Source of the DNA: Acidiferrobacterales bacterium | Lineage (GTDB): Bacteria; Pseudomonadota; Gammaproteobacteria; Acidiferrobacterales; JAJDNE01 | Assembly: GCA_036446455.1 (NCBI GenBank) | Contig: JAZFSZ010000111.1 | Location: forward strand, 1 to 53,482 | DNA: 53,482 nucleotides | Direction: 5' to 3' | Shown here: positions 10,812 through 21,232 of the stretch, one piece after another | How positions within the stretch are numbered: position 1 is the first letter of the stretch | Layout: every line of letters begins with the position of its first letter | The notes under the pieces: generated by a model | Database searches by the model: none | Told to the model about the DNA's origin: nothing | What the model saw: the letters and a program-made list of their open reading frames with translations, nothing else | Position numbers and translations under genes: made by a program

Positions 10812-11357
10812 ATGATGAAATATTTCTTCCTTGTGCCTGTTTTCGTTTTATTGGCGTCTGTGACTCAGGCCGCTGATGATACGCGCGACCCGAGTGAGTA
10901 TTTCTTCCACCAAAGTTTTGGCGATTTGCGCGACGAGTTGCAGACCGCAAAAAACGAGGGCAAGAAGGGCATATTCATTATGTTCGACAATGCAGAATGC
11001 CCCTGGTGCGCAAAAATGAAGGAAACTGTCCTCAACCAGGTAGTCGTGCAGGAGTACTACCGAAAGCATTTTGTTATTATGCGGATCGATACCGAGGGCA
11101 GTGAGATGATCACTGATTTCACTGGCAAAGAGCTGCGACATAAGGATTTCGCACTCAAACAAAATCGGGTGCGCGCGACGCCGGTATTCCTGTTTTTCGA
11201 CGTTAATGGAAAGCAGCTGGTAAAATACACCGGTGCAACAAGAGACATCAATGAATTCATGTGGCTCGGCGAATATGTGGTGGGTGATCATTACAAGACG
11301 AAGCGGTTCGCCATCTACAAGCGTGAGCGCCGCCGCGCCGCGAAAAACCATTCCTGA
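10812..11357 (+). CDS. SoxW-like periplasmic thioredoxin-fold protein
   Basis: Signal peptide; FFHQSFGDLRDEL, ECPWCAKMK and VRATPVFLFFD motifs. Confidence 0.82.
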   Translation: MMKYFFLVPVFVLLASVTQAADDTRDPSEYFFHQSFGDLRDELQTAKNEGKKGIFIMFDNAECPWCAKMKETVLNQVVVQEYYRKHFVIMRIDTEGSEMITDFTGKELRHKDFALKQNRVRATPVFLFFDVNGKQLVKYTGATRDINEFMWLGEYVVGDHYKTKRFAIYKRERRRAAKNHS

Positions 11358-12669
11358 TCTCGCCCGTTGCGGGTGGTTGCTGTTTAGTTTATTACTTGCT
11401 CCTGTCCAGGCAGCAGACAAATCCACGACGGAGCTGCCCAATCCCCTTAGTCTTGAAGCTGCGCTGGCTCTCGCCGATGCCAATCACCCGGTCATTGCGC
11501 TGGCGGCGGCTGAGCTGGCGGCGGCCCAGGCCAACGCCAAAGCGACACGCGCCCGGACCGGTATCGAAATAATATCGGAGATCAGGCCGCAATATATCGA
11601 TCCCTCCCTTCCCGGTGCAGGACCCAATACAACGGACAGTCAGGCGCACCTGACAGTTACCAAGCGACTGTTTGATTTCGGTCATAGTCGTGCGCAGCGC
11701 AGGGCAAGTGACAAGCTGGTTGAGGGTCGGCAGTTGGCGTTGATCAGCGTACGACAGCAACACCACATCGAAGTCATGCGCCGCTATTTCGATGTCTTAC
11801 TGGCTGATATGCGCTATCAGGTCGATAACGAGACCATGGCTCATGCTTATGTGAATTTTGATCGCGAGCGTGAACGCCATAAGCAGGGCCGCATATCCGA
11901 TGTGGATCTGGCGGCAAGTGAGACCCATTTCCAGGAGTTACTTGTCCACCAAACCGCATCACAATTGCGTCAGCATTCGACCAGGGCGTTGCTGGCAATG
12001 GCGCTAAATCGCCCTGATAGCTTGCCTGAAGATCTGAAGGCGCCACGGCTTAAGGGGAATGATCGAAAACCGCCTGAACTTGAGAAGTTGTTGATAAGGG
12101 CATTGAATTCCAATCCCGGTGTGCAACGGATGAAAGAGGAAGTCGCCAGCGCGGAACAGGCTCTGAAAGCAGCGAAAGGGCAGGGCCGGCCTACGCTTGA
12201 TGCCGAGTTTGAAGTATCTGCTTACGAAAGGAACATCGGCTCGCGCGACAACGCCCGTGTAAGCTTGAATTTGCGTGTGCCGATATACCAGGGCGGGCGC
12301 AATCAATCAGCAGAAGCGCAAGCCAGTGCATTTCTTCAGCAAAAGCGGGCGCAACTGAATAAGGCAAAATTCGATCTGCGTCAATCGGCGCTGCGTCTGG
12401 TCCAGCAACTGGAGACATTGAACATAAGCCGTCAGGCAGCGCGGATCCGCGCCGATTACCGTGAACTCAATCTTGATCGCAGCCGTGCGCTGTATGAGAT
12501 GGAAGCTCAAGTGAGCCTGGGTGATGCCATGATCAGGATGACAGAGGCGCAATTGCAGGCAGTGAAAGTCGAGTTTGATATGGCGTTGGCTTGGGCTCAG
12601 ATCAGCGCCCTGGAAGGGACTTTGTTAAACCAGAATCCGGGCACAGTTCCGAGGGAGACAACGCCATGA
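11323..12669 (+). CDS. TolC family outer membrane channel
   Basis: LSLEAALALA...HP, RLFDFG, YFDVL and LRVPIYQGG motifs. Start uncertain; GTG at 11323 chosen to keep the signal peptide. Confidence 0.88.
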   Translation: MSAAAPRKTIPDLARCGWLLFSLLLAPVQAADKSTTELPNPLSLEAALALADANHPVIALAAAELAAAQANAKATRARTGIEIISEIRPQYIDPSLPGAGPNTTDSQAHLTVTKRLFDFGHSRAQRRASDKLVEGRQLALISVRQQHHIEVMRRYFDVLLADMRYQVDNETMAHAYVNFDRERERHKQGRISDVDLAASETHFQELLVHQTASQLRQHSTRALLAMALNRPDSLPEDLKAPRLKGNDRKPPELEKLLIRALNSNPGVQRMKEEVASAEQALKAAKGQGRPTLDAEFEVSAYERNIGSRDNARVSLNLRVPIYQGGRNQSAEAQASAFLQQKRAQLNKAKFDLRQSALRLVQQLETLNISRQAARIRADYRELNLDRSRALYEMEAQVSLGDAMIRMTEAQLQAVKVEFDMALAWAQISALEGTLLNQNPGTVPRETTP

Positions 12670-13439
12670 CAAGACAACTCGGGTTATTCAGTGTCGCCAT
12701 TTCCTGTTTATTGATATCGCCGCTGCTATTCGCTGCATCATTTGATGCGAAAGTGGAATGGGCAAAACGTGTTTCCCTCAGCGTCCCGGTTTCCGGTGTA
12801 GTAACGCTGGTAACGGTAGAGATGGGTCAGAAAATCAAAATGGGTCAGATCCTGCTGAAGCTTGACCAGGCTCCGTTTCTCACTGACTTGCAGTCAGCAA
12901 AAGCGGCGCGTAGTCAGGCGAAATCCAACCAACGGGAAGCCGATCGCGATCTCGCACAAACAAAAGAGTTGTACGAACGAGGCCTGATCTCCAATGTCGA
13001 GCTGGAAAATGCGCAACTGAAGGCCAAGCGTGCCGATGCCGCAAGGGTTGTGGCGCACGCCCTGGTTAAACGCGCCACATACAATTTGTCACACAGTCGC
13101 ATCATTGCACCGTTCGATGGCTGGGTGCTTTCAAGGGAAGTGAATGTTGGTCAGAGCATAATCACCACACAGCAAGCCGCGACCTTGCTGGTGGTGGCAG
13201 AATCCAATTCTTATATTGCGCGGGCAGATGTGCCGGGAGACGAGATAAGGAATCTCGAGCCCGGTGCAAGTGTCGATGTCGAAGTTGACGGCATGGACTA
13301 TAAAGGCAAGGTGCGCCAGCTGGGGCTGGAGCCGGTGCGCCCGACTACTGCGGGTGAGGCCTTTTATGAGGTCGGTGTGCACTTTAATAGCGGTGGCCGC
13401 ATGTTGCGTGCCGGTCAGAAAGCGGAAATCAGTTTTTAA
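12666..13439 (+). CDS. Efflux periplasmic adaptor (MFP/HlyD family)
   Basis: Lipoyl halves (VPVSGVV...GQILLKLD and IIAPFDG) flanking a helical hairpin; ends LRAGQKAEI; ATGA overlap with tolC. Confidence 0.88.
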   Translation: MTRQLGLFSVAISCLLISPLLFAASFDAKVEWAKRVSLSVPVSGVVTLVTVEMGQKIKMGQILLKLDQAPFLTDLQSAKAARSQAKSNQREADRDLAQTKELYERGLISNVELENAQLKAKRADAARVVAHALVKRATYNLSHSRIIAPFDGWVLSREVNVGQSIITTQQAATLLVVAESNSYIARADVPGDEIRNLEPGASVDVEVDGMDYKGKVRQLGLEPVRPTTAGEAFYEVGVHFNSGGRMLRAGQKAEISF

Positions 13440-13456
13440 TTGGTGCGCAGAGTCCA

Positions 13457-13729
13457 GTGACCTTGTGCAGACGATATCGGGTGAGCGGCAGGGTGCAGGG
13501 CGTGTTCTACCGTACCTCCACACGAGACCAGGCAACCAGGATGGGTCTGACGGGTTGGGTGCGCAATACGAGTAATGGCGATGTCGAGCTGGTTGCCTGT
13601 GGTGAAACAAACCAGCTATGTCAACTGGAGGAATGGTTAGAAGAGGGACCGCCGTATGCCGATGTGCGAAATGTGCAAAGCGAAACAATTGCACAAGCGG
13701 CATTCAGTGATTTCAGTATACGCAATTGA
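13457..13729 (+). CDS. acyP: Acylphosphatase
   Basis: VSGRVQGVFYR, GLTGWVRN and GPP motifs. Confidence 0.95.
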   Translation: MTLCRRYRVSGRVQGVFYRTSTRDQATRMGLTGWVRNTSNGDVELVACGETNQLCQLEEWLEEGPPYADVRNVQSETIAQAAFSDFSIRN

Positions 13730-13746
13730 AACTGTCCCGCGTACTA

Positions 13747-14346
13747 TCAATTGGGATACCAGCGGCGATCAAAAGCACGATATATCTTACCCGGGTACTT
13801 CCAGCGTCCCAGGCTACCATTATAACGGCCTAGTGCGCGCGTCAGGTTTCCTTTTTCCTGGTCCAGATAATATTTAAGAATGGTGCATCCATATCGCAGG
13901 TTGGTGCGTACGTTGAACAGGCTGTCACCGGGTCGGCCAATTTTTTTAAGCCAGAAGGGCATCACTTGCATGAGCCCGCGCGCACCCACACGCGAGATAG
14001 CAAACGGTTTAAAGTTGCTTTCAACTTCAATCAGCGCCAGTACCAGTTCGGGTTCTATGCCGACACGCTTGGCTTCATAGTGAACGTTTTTTAATAGCTC
14101 GATCCTGAATTTGGGGTCAGGGATACGTTTTCGCAGCCGGTAAGACATATCGGTCAGCCATACTGTGGCCTCGTACTGATCGCTAAAGCTGTCGGCGTCG
14201 TTGGCGGCCTGTTTGAGAAGTGCGGCGAGCTCACTATCGTAGGAAGATTGTCTGGGCTCTGCCTGCAAGCCAGGTGGAGAAAGTAACAGGCACAGCAATA
14301 GAGTTGTGATCCAGCGCGTCAATACAAATTTTCCTCTCAATAACAC
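13747..14346 (-). CDS. Lytic transglycosylase (SLT domain)
   Basis: LALIEVESNF, GARGLMQVMP and ALGRYNG motifs; signal peptide. Confidence 0.92.
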   Translation of the reverse strand: MLLRGKFVLTRWITTLLLCLLLSPPGLQAEPRQSSYDSELAALLKQAANDADSFSDQYEATVWLTDMSYRLRKRIPDPKFRIELLKNVHYEAKRVGIEPELVLALIEVESNFKPFAISRVGARGLMQVMPFWLKKIGRPGDSLFNVRTNLRYGCTILKYYLDQEKGNLTRALGRYNGSLGRWKYPGKIYRAFDRRWYPN

Positions 14347-14351
14347 CGATA

Positions 14352-16076
14352 CTATATATTAATGCGTTGATTCAGCGAAGCAACGATGCCTTCTAATGGT
14401 AGCTCACCCACATCGTCTGCACCACGCTTTTTGTATTCCACAACGCCTTTATCCAGTCCTTTCTCACCCAGTACCAGTCGGTGCGGGATACCGATGAGGT
14501 CCATGTCAGCAAACATGACACCCGGTCTTTCATTGCGATCATCCAGCAGCACATCAAATCCGGCGTCCGTCAATTCAATGTAAAGCGAGTCAATGGCAGC
14601 GGCCAACCGTTCCGATTTCTGGTAACCAATCGGCACCAGTGCAATATGGAACGGTGCGATGCTGTCCGGCCAGATGATACCGTTATCATCATGGTGCTGT
14701 TCGATGGCGGCAGCCACCACACGCGAAACACCGATGCCATAACAACCCATGGACATGACAACGCTTTTACCGTTGGCGTCGAGGACCGTTGCCTGCATAG
14801 TCTTACTGTATTTGGTTCCCAGCTGGAATATGTGGCCTACTTCAATACCACGGCGCAGCGCCAGCGTTCCATTACAATTATTTTTGATGGCCGAATGGGG
14901 ACATGGGTCCCCGTCGATTACGTTACGCAAATCCGCCACTTCCGGTTCCGGCAGGTCCCGCCCCCAGTTGACGTTACGAAAATGTTTTCCATCTTCATTG
15001 GCGCCGCAAATAAAGTCGGCCAAACGCGCAGCACTTTCATCAACAATGACCGGGATATCGAGACCCAAGGGCCCGATGGAGCCGGGTTCACAGCCGACTT
15101 CCATTTTGATTTCCTCCGGAGTGACAAAGACCAGTGGTTTGGCCACTTGCGGCAATTTCCCTGCTTTCACTTCATTCAGTTCATGATCACCACGCAGCAC
15201 CAGCGCGATAGAGCCACCGGCCCCTTTTACCAGCAGGGTTTTGACGGTCTGTTGCGACTCGACTTTTAAAAATGCGCTGATGTCCGCAATACTGCGCTGG
15301 CCCGGTGTGTCGACTTCTTCCATGGCCGCACCGGCTTTAGCACGCTCTCCAGACGGCGGTAATGCCGGTGCCTGCTCGACATTGGCAGCGTAGTCGCACT
15401 TGTTGCATATGGCGATGCTGTCTTCACCGGAATCCGCCAACACATGAAATTCGTGTGATGCGCTGCCACCGATGCTGCCGCTATCGGCCTCAACGGGCCG
15501 GTATTCAAGACCCGCGCGCTCGAAGATGTTCGAGTAGGTTTCATACATCTGGTCGTAGGTTTGCTGTAGTGATTCGCTGTCAACGTGAAATGAATAGGCA
15601 TCTTTCATCAGGAACTCACGGGCGCGCATAACGCCAAAGCGGGGGCGTATCTCGTCACGGAATTTTATCTGGATCTGGTAGAAGTTGGCCGGTAGCTGGC
15701 GATAAGAACGGATTTCGCGGCGCACCAGATCAGTAATGACTTCTTCGTGTGTGGGTCCGAAGCAAAACTCGCGGGCATGGCGGTCGTTAAAACGAAGCAA
15801 TTCCGGTCCATATTGATCCCAGCGTTCGGATTCCTGCCATAGTTCGGCCGGTTGCACCGCCGGCATCAGCAATTCCTGCGCGCCGGCCTTGTCCATTTCC
15901 TGGCGAACGATGGACTCCACCTTGCGTAATACCCGCAACCCCAGGGGCAACCAGTTGTAGATACCGGCGGCAACCTTGCGAATCATGCCGGAGCGAAGCA
16001 TCAGGCGGTGGCTGACGATTTCTGCATCGGCGGGGGTTTCCTTGACGGTGGATAACAAGAAGCGGCTGGTGCGCAT
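14352..16076 (-). CDS. proS: Proline--tRNA ligase
   Basis: [40 protein letters not shown] and MGCYGIG motifs. Confidence 0.98.
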   Translation of the reverse strand: MRTSRFLLSTVKETPADAEIVSHRLMLRSGMIRKVAAGIYNWLPLGLRVLRKVESIVRQEMDKAGAQELLMPAVQPAELWQESERWDQYGPELLRFNDRHAREFCFGPTHEEVITDLVRREIRSYRQLPANFYQIQIKFRDEIRPRFGVMRAREFLMKDAYSFHVDSESLQQTYDQMYETYSNIFERAGLEYRPVEADSGSIGGSASHEFHVLADSGEDSIAICNKCDYAANVEQAPALPPSGERAKAGAAMEEVDTPGQRSIADISAFLKVESQQTVKTLLVKGAGGSIALVLRGDHELNEVKAGKLPQVAKPLVFVTPEEIKMEVGCEPGSIGPLGLDIPVIVDESAARLADFICGANEDGKHFRNVNWGRDLPEPEVADLRNVIDGDPCPHSAIKNNCNGTLALRRGIEVGHIFQLGTKYSKTMQATVLDANGKSVVMSMGCYGIGVSRVVAAAIEQHHDDNGIIWPDSIAPFHIALVPIGYQKSERLAAAIDSLYIELTDAGFDVLLDDRNERPGVMFADMDLIGIPHRLVLGEKGLDKGVVEYKKRGADDVGELPLEGIVASLNQRINI

Positions 16077-16312
16077 GAAAACCTCTTTACTCTGTTTAAT
16101 AGTTTGCACTTTAGTGCAATTCGTCGCGATTATGCCTTATTACATCGAATGCGGTTAGTCCTGTTGCTGTTCTATATTGTCCCTTCTCGCTCCGGGACGG
16201 GTTCGGCTGCACGATATCCAGGGATGTACAATCGTCGCGCCGGAGGCAGGGATGCCGAGAGCGACTCCACGGGGTGTGGAGAACCTAATCAGCAAAGGTC
16301 GGATTCAGATAT

Positions 16313-16354
16313 GTAGGGCACGATAAGGCATGGTAACGCCCTTCGTGCGACTAC
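16313..16354. repeat. GTAG-type REP-like palindrome
   Basis: GTAG-GGCACGA-TAA-GGC...GCC-CT-TCGTGC-GA-CTAC imperfect inverted repeat bounded by GTAG and CTAC. Confidence 0.55.
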
Positions 16355-16542
16355 TGGCAGGACGATGGTTAGGATTATATGGAGATTATGTCTGCTCCAG
16401 CACAATAAATACGAAATAAAAGACTTATAACAACAATTCCGGTAACAAGTTTTATTCTTATTGTAATACTAGCAATTGGAGATGCTAAAGCATATATCGC
16501 AATACTATATTGACGGTTACATGGATAAAGTGATAAAAAATA

Positions 16543-16638
16543 GGCTCAGGTCTTGTGTTTTTCCTTTATGTTAAATGCAATGATATATCTGATGGGCAAA
16601 AGACAAGACATGACCCTTCTTCTATGTGTGACCCTTCT
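16543..16638. repeat. REP-like inverted repeat plus short direct repeat
   Basis: GGCTCAGGTCTTGTGTTTT (16543) versus AAAAGACAAGACATGACCC (16598-16616): 16/19 complementary. TGACCCTTCT occurs at 16611 and again at 16629. Confidence 0.55.
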
Positions 16639-16656
16639 CATGTGATATGAAACTTT

Positions 16657-16869
16657 TTGGCAATGAAAGAAAACAAAGCTAGAGATCTAATGAGTAATCC
16701 TGAATCAATTTCTGATTTCCTCTATTCGGAAGAGTCTCCTGCCGATGAAAGTGAAGATTTTCCAGATAAAAGCTGGCATGGCATCCAATGCATACTTACA
16801 GATGATGTTTGGGAAGGTTCTCTGGGACGGCAGTGGGCCAGAGTCATTTACCGTGCTCCGGTAGCTTAA
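16657..16869 (+). pseudogene. Remnant of a YfbM/DUF1877-like gene
   Basis: PESISDFLY...DKSWHGIQCILTDDVWEG resembles the DKAWHGIHFLLTG motif of DUF1877; only 70 aa and no good start. Confidence 0.5.
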
Positions 16870-16893
16870 TCGACTCTGGTCCTGAGTTTTGAT

Positions 16894-18426
16894 ATGAAAA
16901 GCCTTGGCCCGAAACAAAAACTGATTTTATACGGCCTCACTATCTTTCTGTCATCTGCATTTCTACTTGTTCTTGAAATAACGGCCGGCCGTTTACTGGC
17001 GCCCTATATTGGCGTGTCACTTTATACCTGGACGTCGATCATCGGTGTCATCCTGGCAGGATTATCCCTGGGCAACTGGATAGGTGGGCGTTGGGCAGAT
17101 GCCGGTGGTAATGAAAAAGCCGCTGGCTTTACTCTGGTGTTGGGTGCCATTTTTAGTTTTTTAATTTTGGTGATACTTCAATCGCTTGCACCAGTAATAC
17201 AAAAAAGCGAGCTTAATCTGCTCACAAGCAGTTTTGTCTACGTATTGCTCCTGTTTTTTATGCCTTCCCTGTTACTCGGTGTGATCACTCCCTTGCTGAC
17301 AACCATGGCGTTATCACTGGATAGTCGTACTGGTCATATCGTGGGCCGTATGCATGCGCTGGCAACACTGGGTAGTATCGTCGGGACCTTTGTAACCGGT
17401 TACTGGTTGGTTCAGTATGTTGGTACTAGAAATATTATAGTTGGCACTGCGGTAGCACTGCTCATATTGTCAGTTCCTTTCTTACTGGACATGCAGCGCA
17501 AGTTAGCGGTTTTTCTGTTATCCATCGGCTTTGTGTCGGGAGGAATGATCTTCCTGTCCGGTGCCAACATCAGTCCATGTGATCGCGAAAGTAACTATTA
17601 TTGCATACGCATCGTGGACAAGTCAGCTTCGGTACCATATGGCCAAGCCAGGGCAATGATTTTGGATCACTTGATGCATGGTATTAACCACAAAACCGAA
17701 GACTGGTTGTTGGTCACTTCCTACACACATCTTATGGATGAATTGATTCTGCGTCATTTTGGTCAGAAGGTTCACAATGGTTTGCGTTACTTCTTTGCTG
17801 GCGGCGGTTCCTATTCCCAACCTCGTGCAACGAGGGCACTCTATAAAGATGCACACATTACAGTGGCAGAGATTGATGCAGCGGTCACTGAAATGGCAGA
17901 ACAGCAAATGTACTACAAGCGGCGAGGGGCCATTATTAAGCACAGGGATGCGCGACTAGTATTATTCGATGCCGTGCCGGACAGTTTTGATGTGGTCGTC
18001 GGCGATGTATTCCACGATATTTCGATTCCATATCATTTGTTAACGCTGGAATATGTGCAATTGCTAAAATCCCGTTTATCCGTCAATGGGCTTTATATAC
18101 TCAATATTATTGATGCCTGGCCTGACGCACAGTTGGCAAAAAGTGTATTAAAGACACTAGGGTCGGAATTTCGACACGTGGATATCTGGGCAGACCGGAT
18201 TCCAATTGGACCAGTGCGAATGACATATGTTATTTCAGCAACTGACAAGGCAGTAATGCCCGATAAAATTAGTTCAAAGCGGGGTTTTCAGCGTACCTGG
18301 TATCGTATAACGAACCGGATTATTCCAAATGAGAAAGCATTGGCAAATGTACCTTTGTTGACAGACGATTATGTCCCGGTAGAGCGACTGATCGCGCCAT
18401 TGTTATTTTCCAAAATGGGACGTTAA
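16894..18426 (+). CDS. Fused MFS-like membrane domain / spermidine synthase-like methyltransferase
   Basis: LEITAGRLLAPYIGVSLYTWTSIIGVILAGLSLG TM region; GGGSYS, AEID, DAR and LLTDDYVPVE motifs. Confidence 0.88.
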   Translation: MKSLGPKQKLILYGLTIFLSSAFLLVLEITAGRLLAPYIGVSLYTWTSIIGVILAGLSLGNWIGGRWADAGGNEKAAGFTLVLGAIFSFLILVILQSLAPVIQKSELNLLTSSFVYVLLLFFMPSLLLGVITPLLTTMALSLDSRTGHIVGRMHALATLGSIVGTFVTGYWLVQYVGTRNIIVGTAVALLILSVPFLLDMQRKLAVFLLSIGFVSGGMIFLSGANISPCDRESNYYCIRIVDKSASVPYGQARAMILDHLMHGINHKTEDWLLVTSYTHLMDELILRHFGQKVHNGLRYFFAGGGSYSQPRATRALYKDAHITVAEIDAAVTEMAEQQMYYKRRGAIIKHRDARLVLFDAVPDSFDVVVGDVFHDISIPYHLLTLEYVQLLKSRLSVNGLYILNIIDAWPDAQLAKSVLKTLGSEFRHVDIWADRIPIGPVRMTYVISATDKAVMPDKISSKRGFQRTWYRITNRIIPNEKALANVPLLTDDYVPVERLIAPLLFSKMGR

Positions 18427-18580
18427 CGAAAATCGTCATTTTATGTAGGAAAAATATTTCCTGTGAAACCAGGTAAAGAATATTAGTTATAGTTGGAAAA
18501 ATAATACGTGCCAGAGAACAATTATTTCTAATATTGGAGAAAGAACGATAAATGGTCAGCGCCCTTTGCAGGAACTCATT

Positions 18581-18800
18581 CTATTTTTCTTTTTTATAAT
18601 CCCGGCGCCAGCACTGGAAATTGGGGTAGCGTTTGTAACCGCCGCTTGATATGAAATTGAGTACATTATTTGAACGATAGAAGCAAACAACGGAATTTAC
18701 CTGGATAAATTCCATTCCTTTGTCGTCAAAAAAAACAATGGTTGGTGTATAGAGTAGTCCCAACTGTTTGGCCCATTTGTTTGCATGCTTCGCCGACCAT
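18581..18800 (-). pseudogene. C-terminal remnant of a SoxW-like thioredoxin
   Basis: WAKQLGLLYTPTIVFFDDKG...VLNFISSGGYKRYPNFQCWR matches the SoxW-type C-terminus. No CxxC or signal peptide upstream; the N-terminal part of the ORF looks non-coding. Confidence 0.6.
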
Positions 18801-19060
18801 CGGGTGTTACCACAGACGTGTTGGACCACATTTCCAGACCCACCCCGGAGAGCTTGATTTGGATCATTGCCAGGGCTGGCTCGGGTTTTGACCCTTATTG
18901 GCACCTGGGCGCCGGGGTAGGGCACCATAAAGAATTGACTATTAGAGGGGAACTGCCCACATGAAAAAAGGAAATTATTTTAAATACAGCAGCTTATCTC
19001 CATTTTTGTGACTCCATAGGCGGCACTCCTGTTAGTGCAAATGGATGGCCGGAATCTTGC

Positions 19061-21109
19061 ATGGAATTTAGGTTAATTCGGGAGAATGGGGTCCGCGCTG
19101 GGCCTGAAATCGAAGCAATAACGCAACCAGGCCAGGTAATTAATGTGATCCAGCATCGAACCAAAATTGCGAAGTCATTCCTTACTTGCAGCCTGTATTC
19201 GCCCTCTATAGTGTTCGCCAGCCCCACTGCCGATAGCGGTATATCCCTTTTCGTCTACATTCTCTCCGTCGGTCTGTTTGCGTTGGCGGCCTATGTCTAC
19301 CGACTGATTTCTCACCTTAGGAGATCACGTCTGGATATTGGCCGCTTGAACAATGAATGGCGACGCAAGCTTGCTTCGTTGCAGGACCCTGCGGGGGATG
19401 CGGCGCGTGAATTATTCAATGTGCGTGAACGTACCCAGATCATCCTGGAGTGCAGTGGCGATGCGGTGGTCATCACCGACGCTCAGGGCAATGTGGAGGA
19501 AATAAATTCCTTTGCGGCGCGTATGCTTGACGCATCAATTGCCGAGGGTGAGTTGCGCCCCAGCCATGAAGTCTTGAGGCTACTGAATCAAAGCACACGT
19601 GATCCCATTGACGATCCCGTTGCCAGGGCATTGGCCGGTAAATTCAACGTGATTCAGGAGGAACACCGATTACTGATTAGCACGGATGGCAACGAGTACA
19701 CTGTTAATCTACTGGCGGTTCCTGTGCTTGATAGTGACGGGACCCCTACGGGTTGTATTGTAACTTTGCACGATGTTACCGAGATGTTTGGTATGGCCCG
19801 AAGGTTATCTCACCAGGCAACTCACGATCCATTGACCGGCCTGGTGAATCGCCATGAATTCGAAATACGCCTGCAACAGGCAATTGAAAGCGCCAGTATC
19901 GATCGAACACAACACGCCCTTCTTTACATGGATATCGATCGGTTCAAGGTTGCCAACGAGACCTGTGGATATCGAGGCGGGGATGAGCTGTTAAGGCAGG
20001 TCGTATCCCGCCTGAAACAGGTGGTGCGCCACGGAGATACCCTGGCCCGTCTGGGTGGCGATGAATTCGGGTTGCTGTTAAATGCCTGCCCGGTGCAGAA
20101 GGCACAACAAATTGCCGAGACCATACGTGAATCGATCAAGAAAGATCGCTTTCACTGGGACGCCAATCAATTTGATCTCGGCATCACAATCGGTCTCATG
20201 CCGGTGGTGGCCAAGAGTGGTTCCCGCGCCGATTTACTCAGTGCGGCCGAAGCAGCTTGTTCGGTTGCCAAGGACGCCGGGCGCAATCGTGTGCAATTGT
20301 ACGAAGCTCACGACATCGCCATGGCGCGACATCGTGGTGATATGCAGTGGGTACATCGTATAACCGAGGCACTGGACGAGAATCGCTTTGTGCTTTACTG
20401 CCAGGAAATTCTATCACTCAACCCATCCAATAACGACACGCGCTATGAAATTCTGCTGCGCCTGCGAGACAAGAAGGGCAATATTATCTTGCCAAACGAG
20501 TTTATTCCCGCCGCCGAGCGCTATCAGTTGATGCCGGCGATCGATCGCTGGGTGATCGACCATATTCTGACAGATTTCCATGTACTGCAGGGGCAAGACG
20601 GGGCCATGGCCTTTTGTGCAATAAACCTGTCCGGACAGTCTTTGTGTGATGAGGGTTTTCTGGATTACGTTGTGCAGCGCATCAGAAACAGTGAAATACC
20701 CCCTCCCAACATCTGTTTCGAAATTACCGAAACCGCTGTTATTGCCAATCTCAATATTGCCATCCATTTTATCGCTGTGTTGCGCGACATGGGCGTTCGT
20801 TTCGCGCTGGATGATTTCGGCAGCGGCCTCAGTTCGTTTGCCTACCTCAAAAACCTGTCAGTCGATTACCTGAAGATTGACGGCGCTTTTGTGCGCGATA
20901 TGACCCATGATAAAATCGACTACGCCATCGTGTCATCGATTAATCAGATCGGTCAGCTCATGGGGATTCAGACTATTGCCGAGTTCGTGGAAAATGATGC
21001 CATTCTCGAAAAGCTGCAGGAAATGAATGTGGATTATGCCCAGGGTTACGGCATCGGGCGGCCACGACCAATAAACAAAGAGGCAGAAGCGTACCAGGAA
21101 ACCGGTTAG
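19061..21109 (+). CDS. Membrane-anchored PAS-GGDEF-EAL diguanylate cyclase/phosphodiesterase
   Basis: TM segment, PAS domain, HDPLTGLVNR, RHGD I-site, GGDEF, EILLR and DDFGSGLSS. Start uncertain (GTG 19145 possible). Confidence 0.93.
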   Translation: MEFRLIRENGVRAGPEIEAITQPGQVINVIQHRTKIAKSFLTCSLYSPSIVFASPTADSGISLFVYILSVGLFALAAYVYRLISHLRRSRLDIGRLNNEWRRKLASLQDPAGDAARELFNVRERTQIILECSGDAVVITDAQGNVEEINSFAARMLDASIAEGELRPSHEVLRLLNQSTRDPIDDPVARALAGKFNVIQEEHRLLISTDGNEYTVNLLAVPVLDSDGTPTGCIVTLHDVTEMFGMARRLSHQATHDPLTGLVNRHEFEIRLQQAIESASIDRTQHALLYMDIDRFKVANETCGYRGGDELLRQVVSRLKQVVRHGDTLARLGGDEFGLLLNACPVQKAQQIAETIRESIKKDRFHWDANQFDLGITIGLMPVVAKSGSRADLLSAAEAACSVAKDAGRNRVQLYEAHDIAMARHRGDMQWVHRITEALDENRFVLYCQEILSLNPSNNDTRYEILLRLRDKKGNIILPNEFIPAAERYQLMPAIDRWVIDHILTDFHVLQGQDGAMAFCAINLSGQSLCDEGFLDYVVQRIRNSEIPPPNICFEITETAVIANLNIAIHFIAVLRDMGVRFALDDFGSGLSSFAYLKNLSVDYLKIDGAFVRDMTHDKIDYAIVSSINQIGQLMGIQTIAEFVENDAILEKLQEMNVDYAQGYGIGRPRPINKEAEAYQETG

Positions 21110-21232
21110 CCAGAACTGCTCAGTCTGTTCCTGGTGCGAATCACTCTATTCTTCCCCTAAGCGGTTGACTCGTGGGACGATTTACCTCCTAATGCGCTCC
21201 TTGTTTTCAACCAGTCTCCCGAAACCAGGGCT

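Noticed and set aside
16611-16646. TGACCCTTCT repeats as a mini CRISPR array
   Set aside because: Only two 10 bp copies 18 bp apart, no spacers of CRISPR length and no cas genes.
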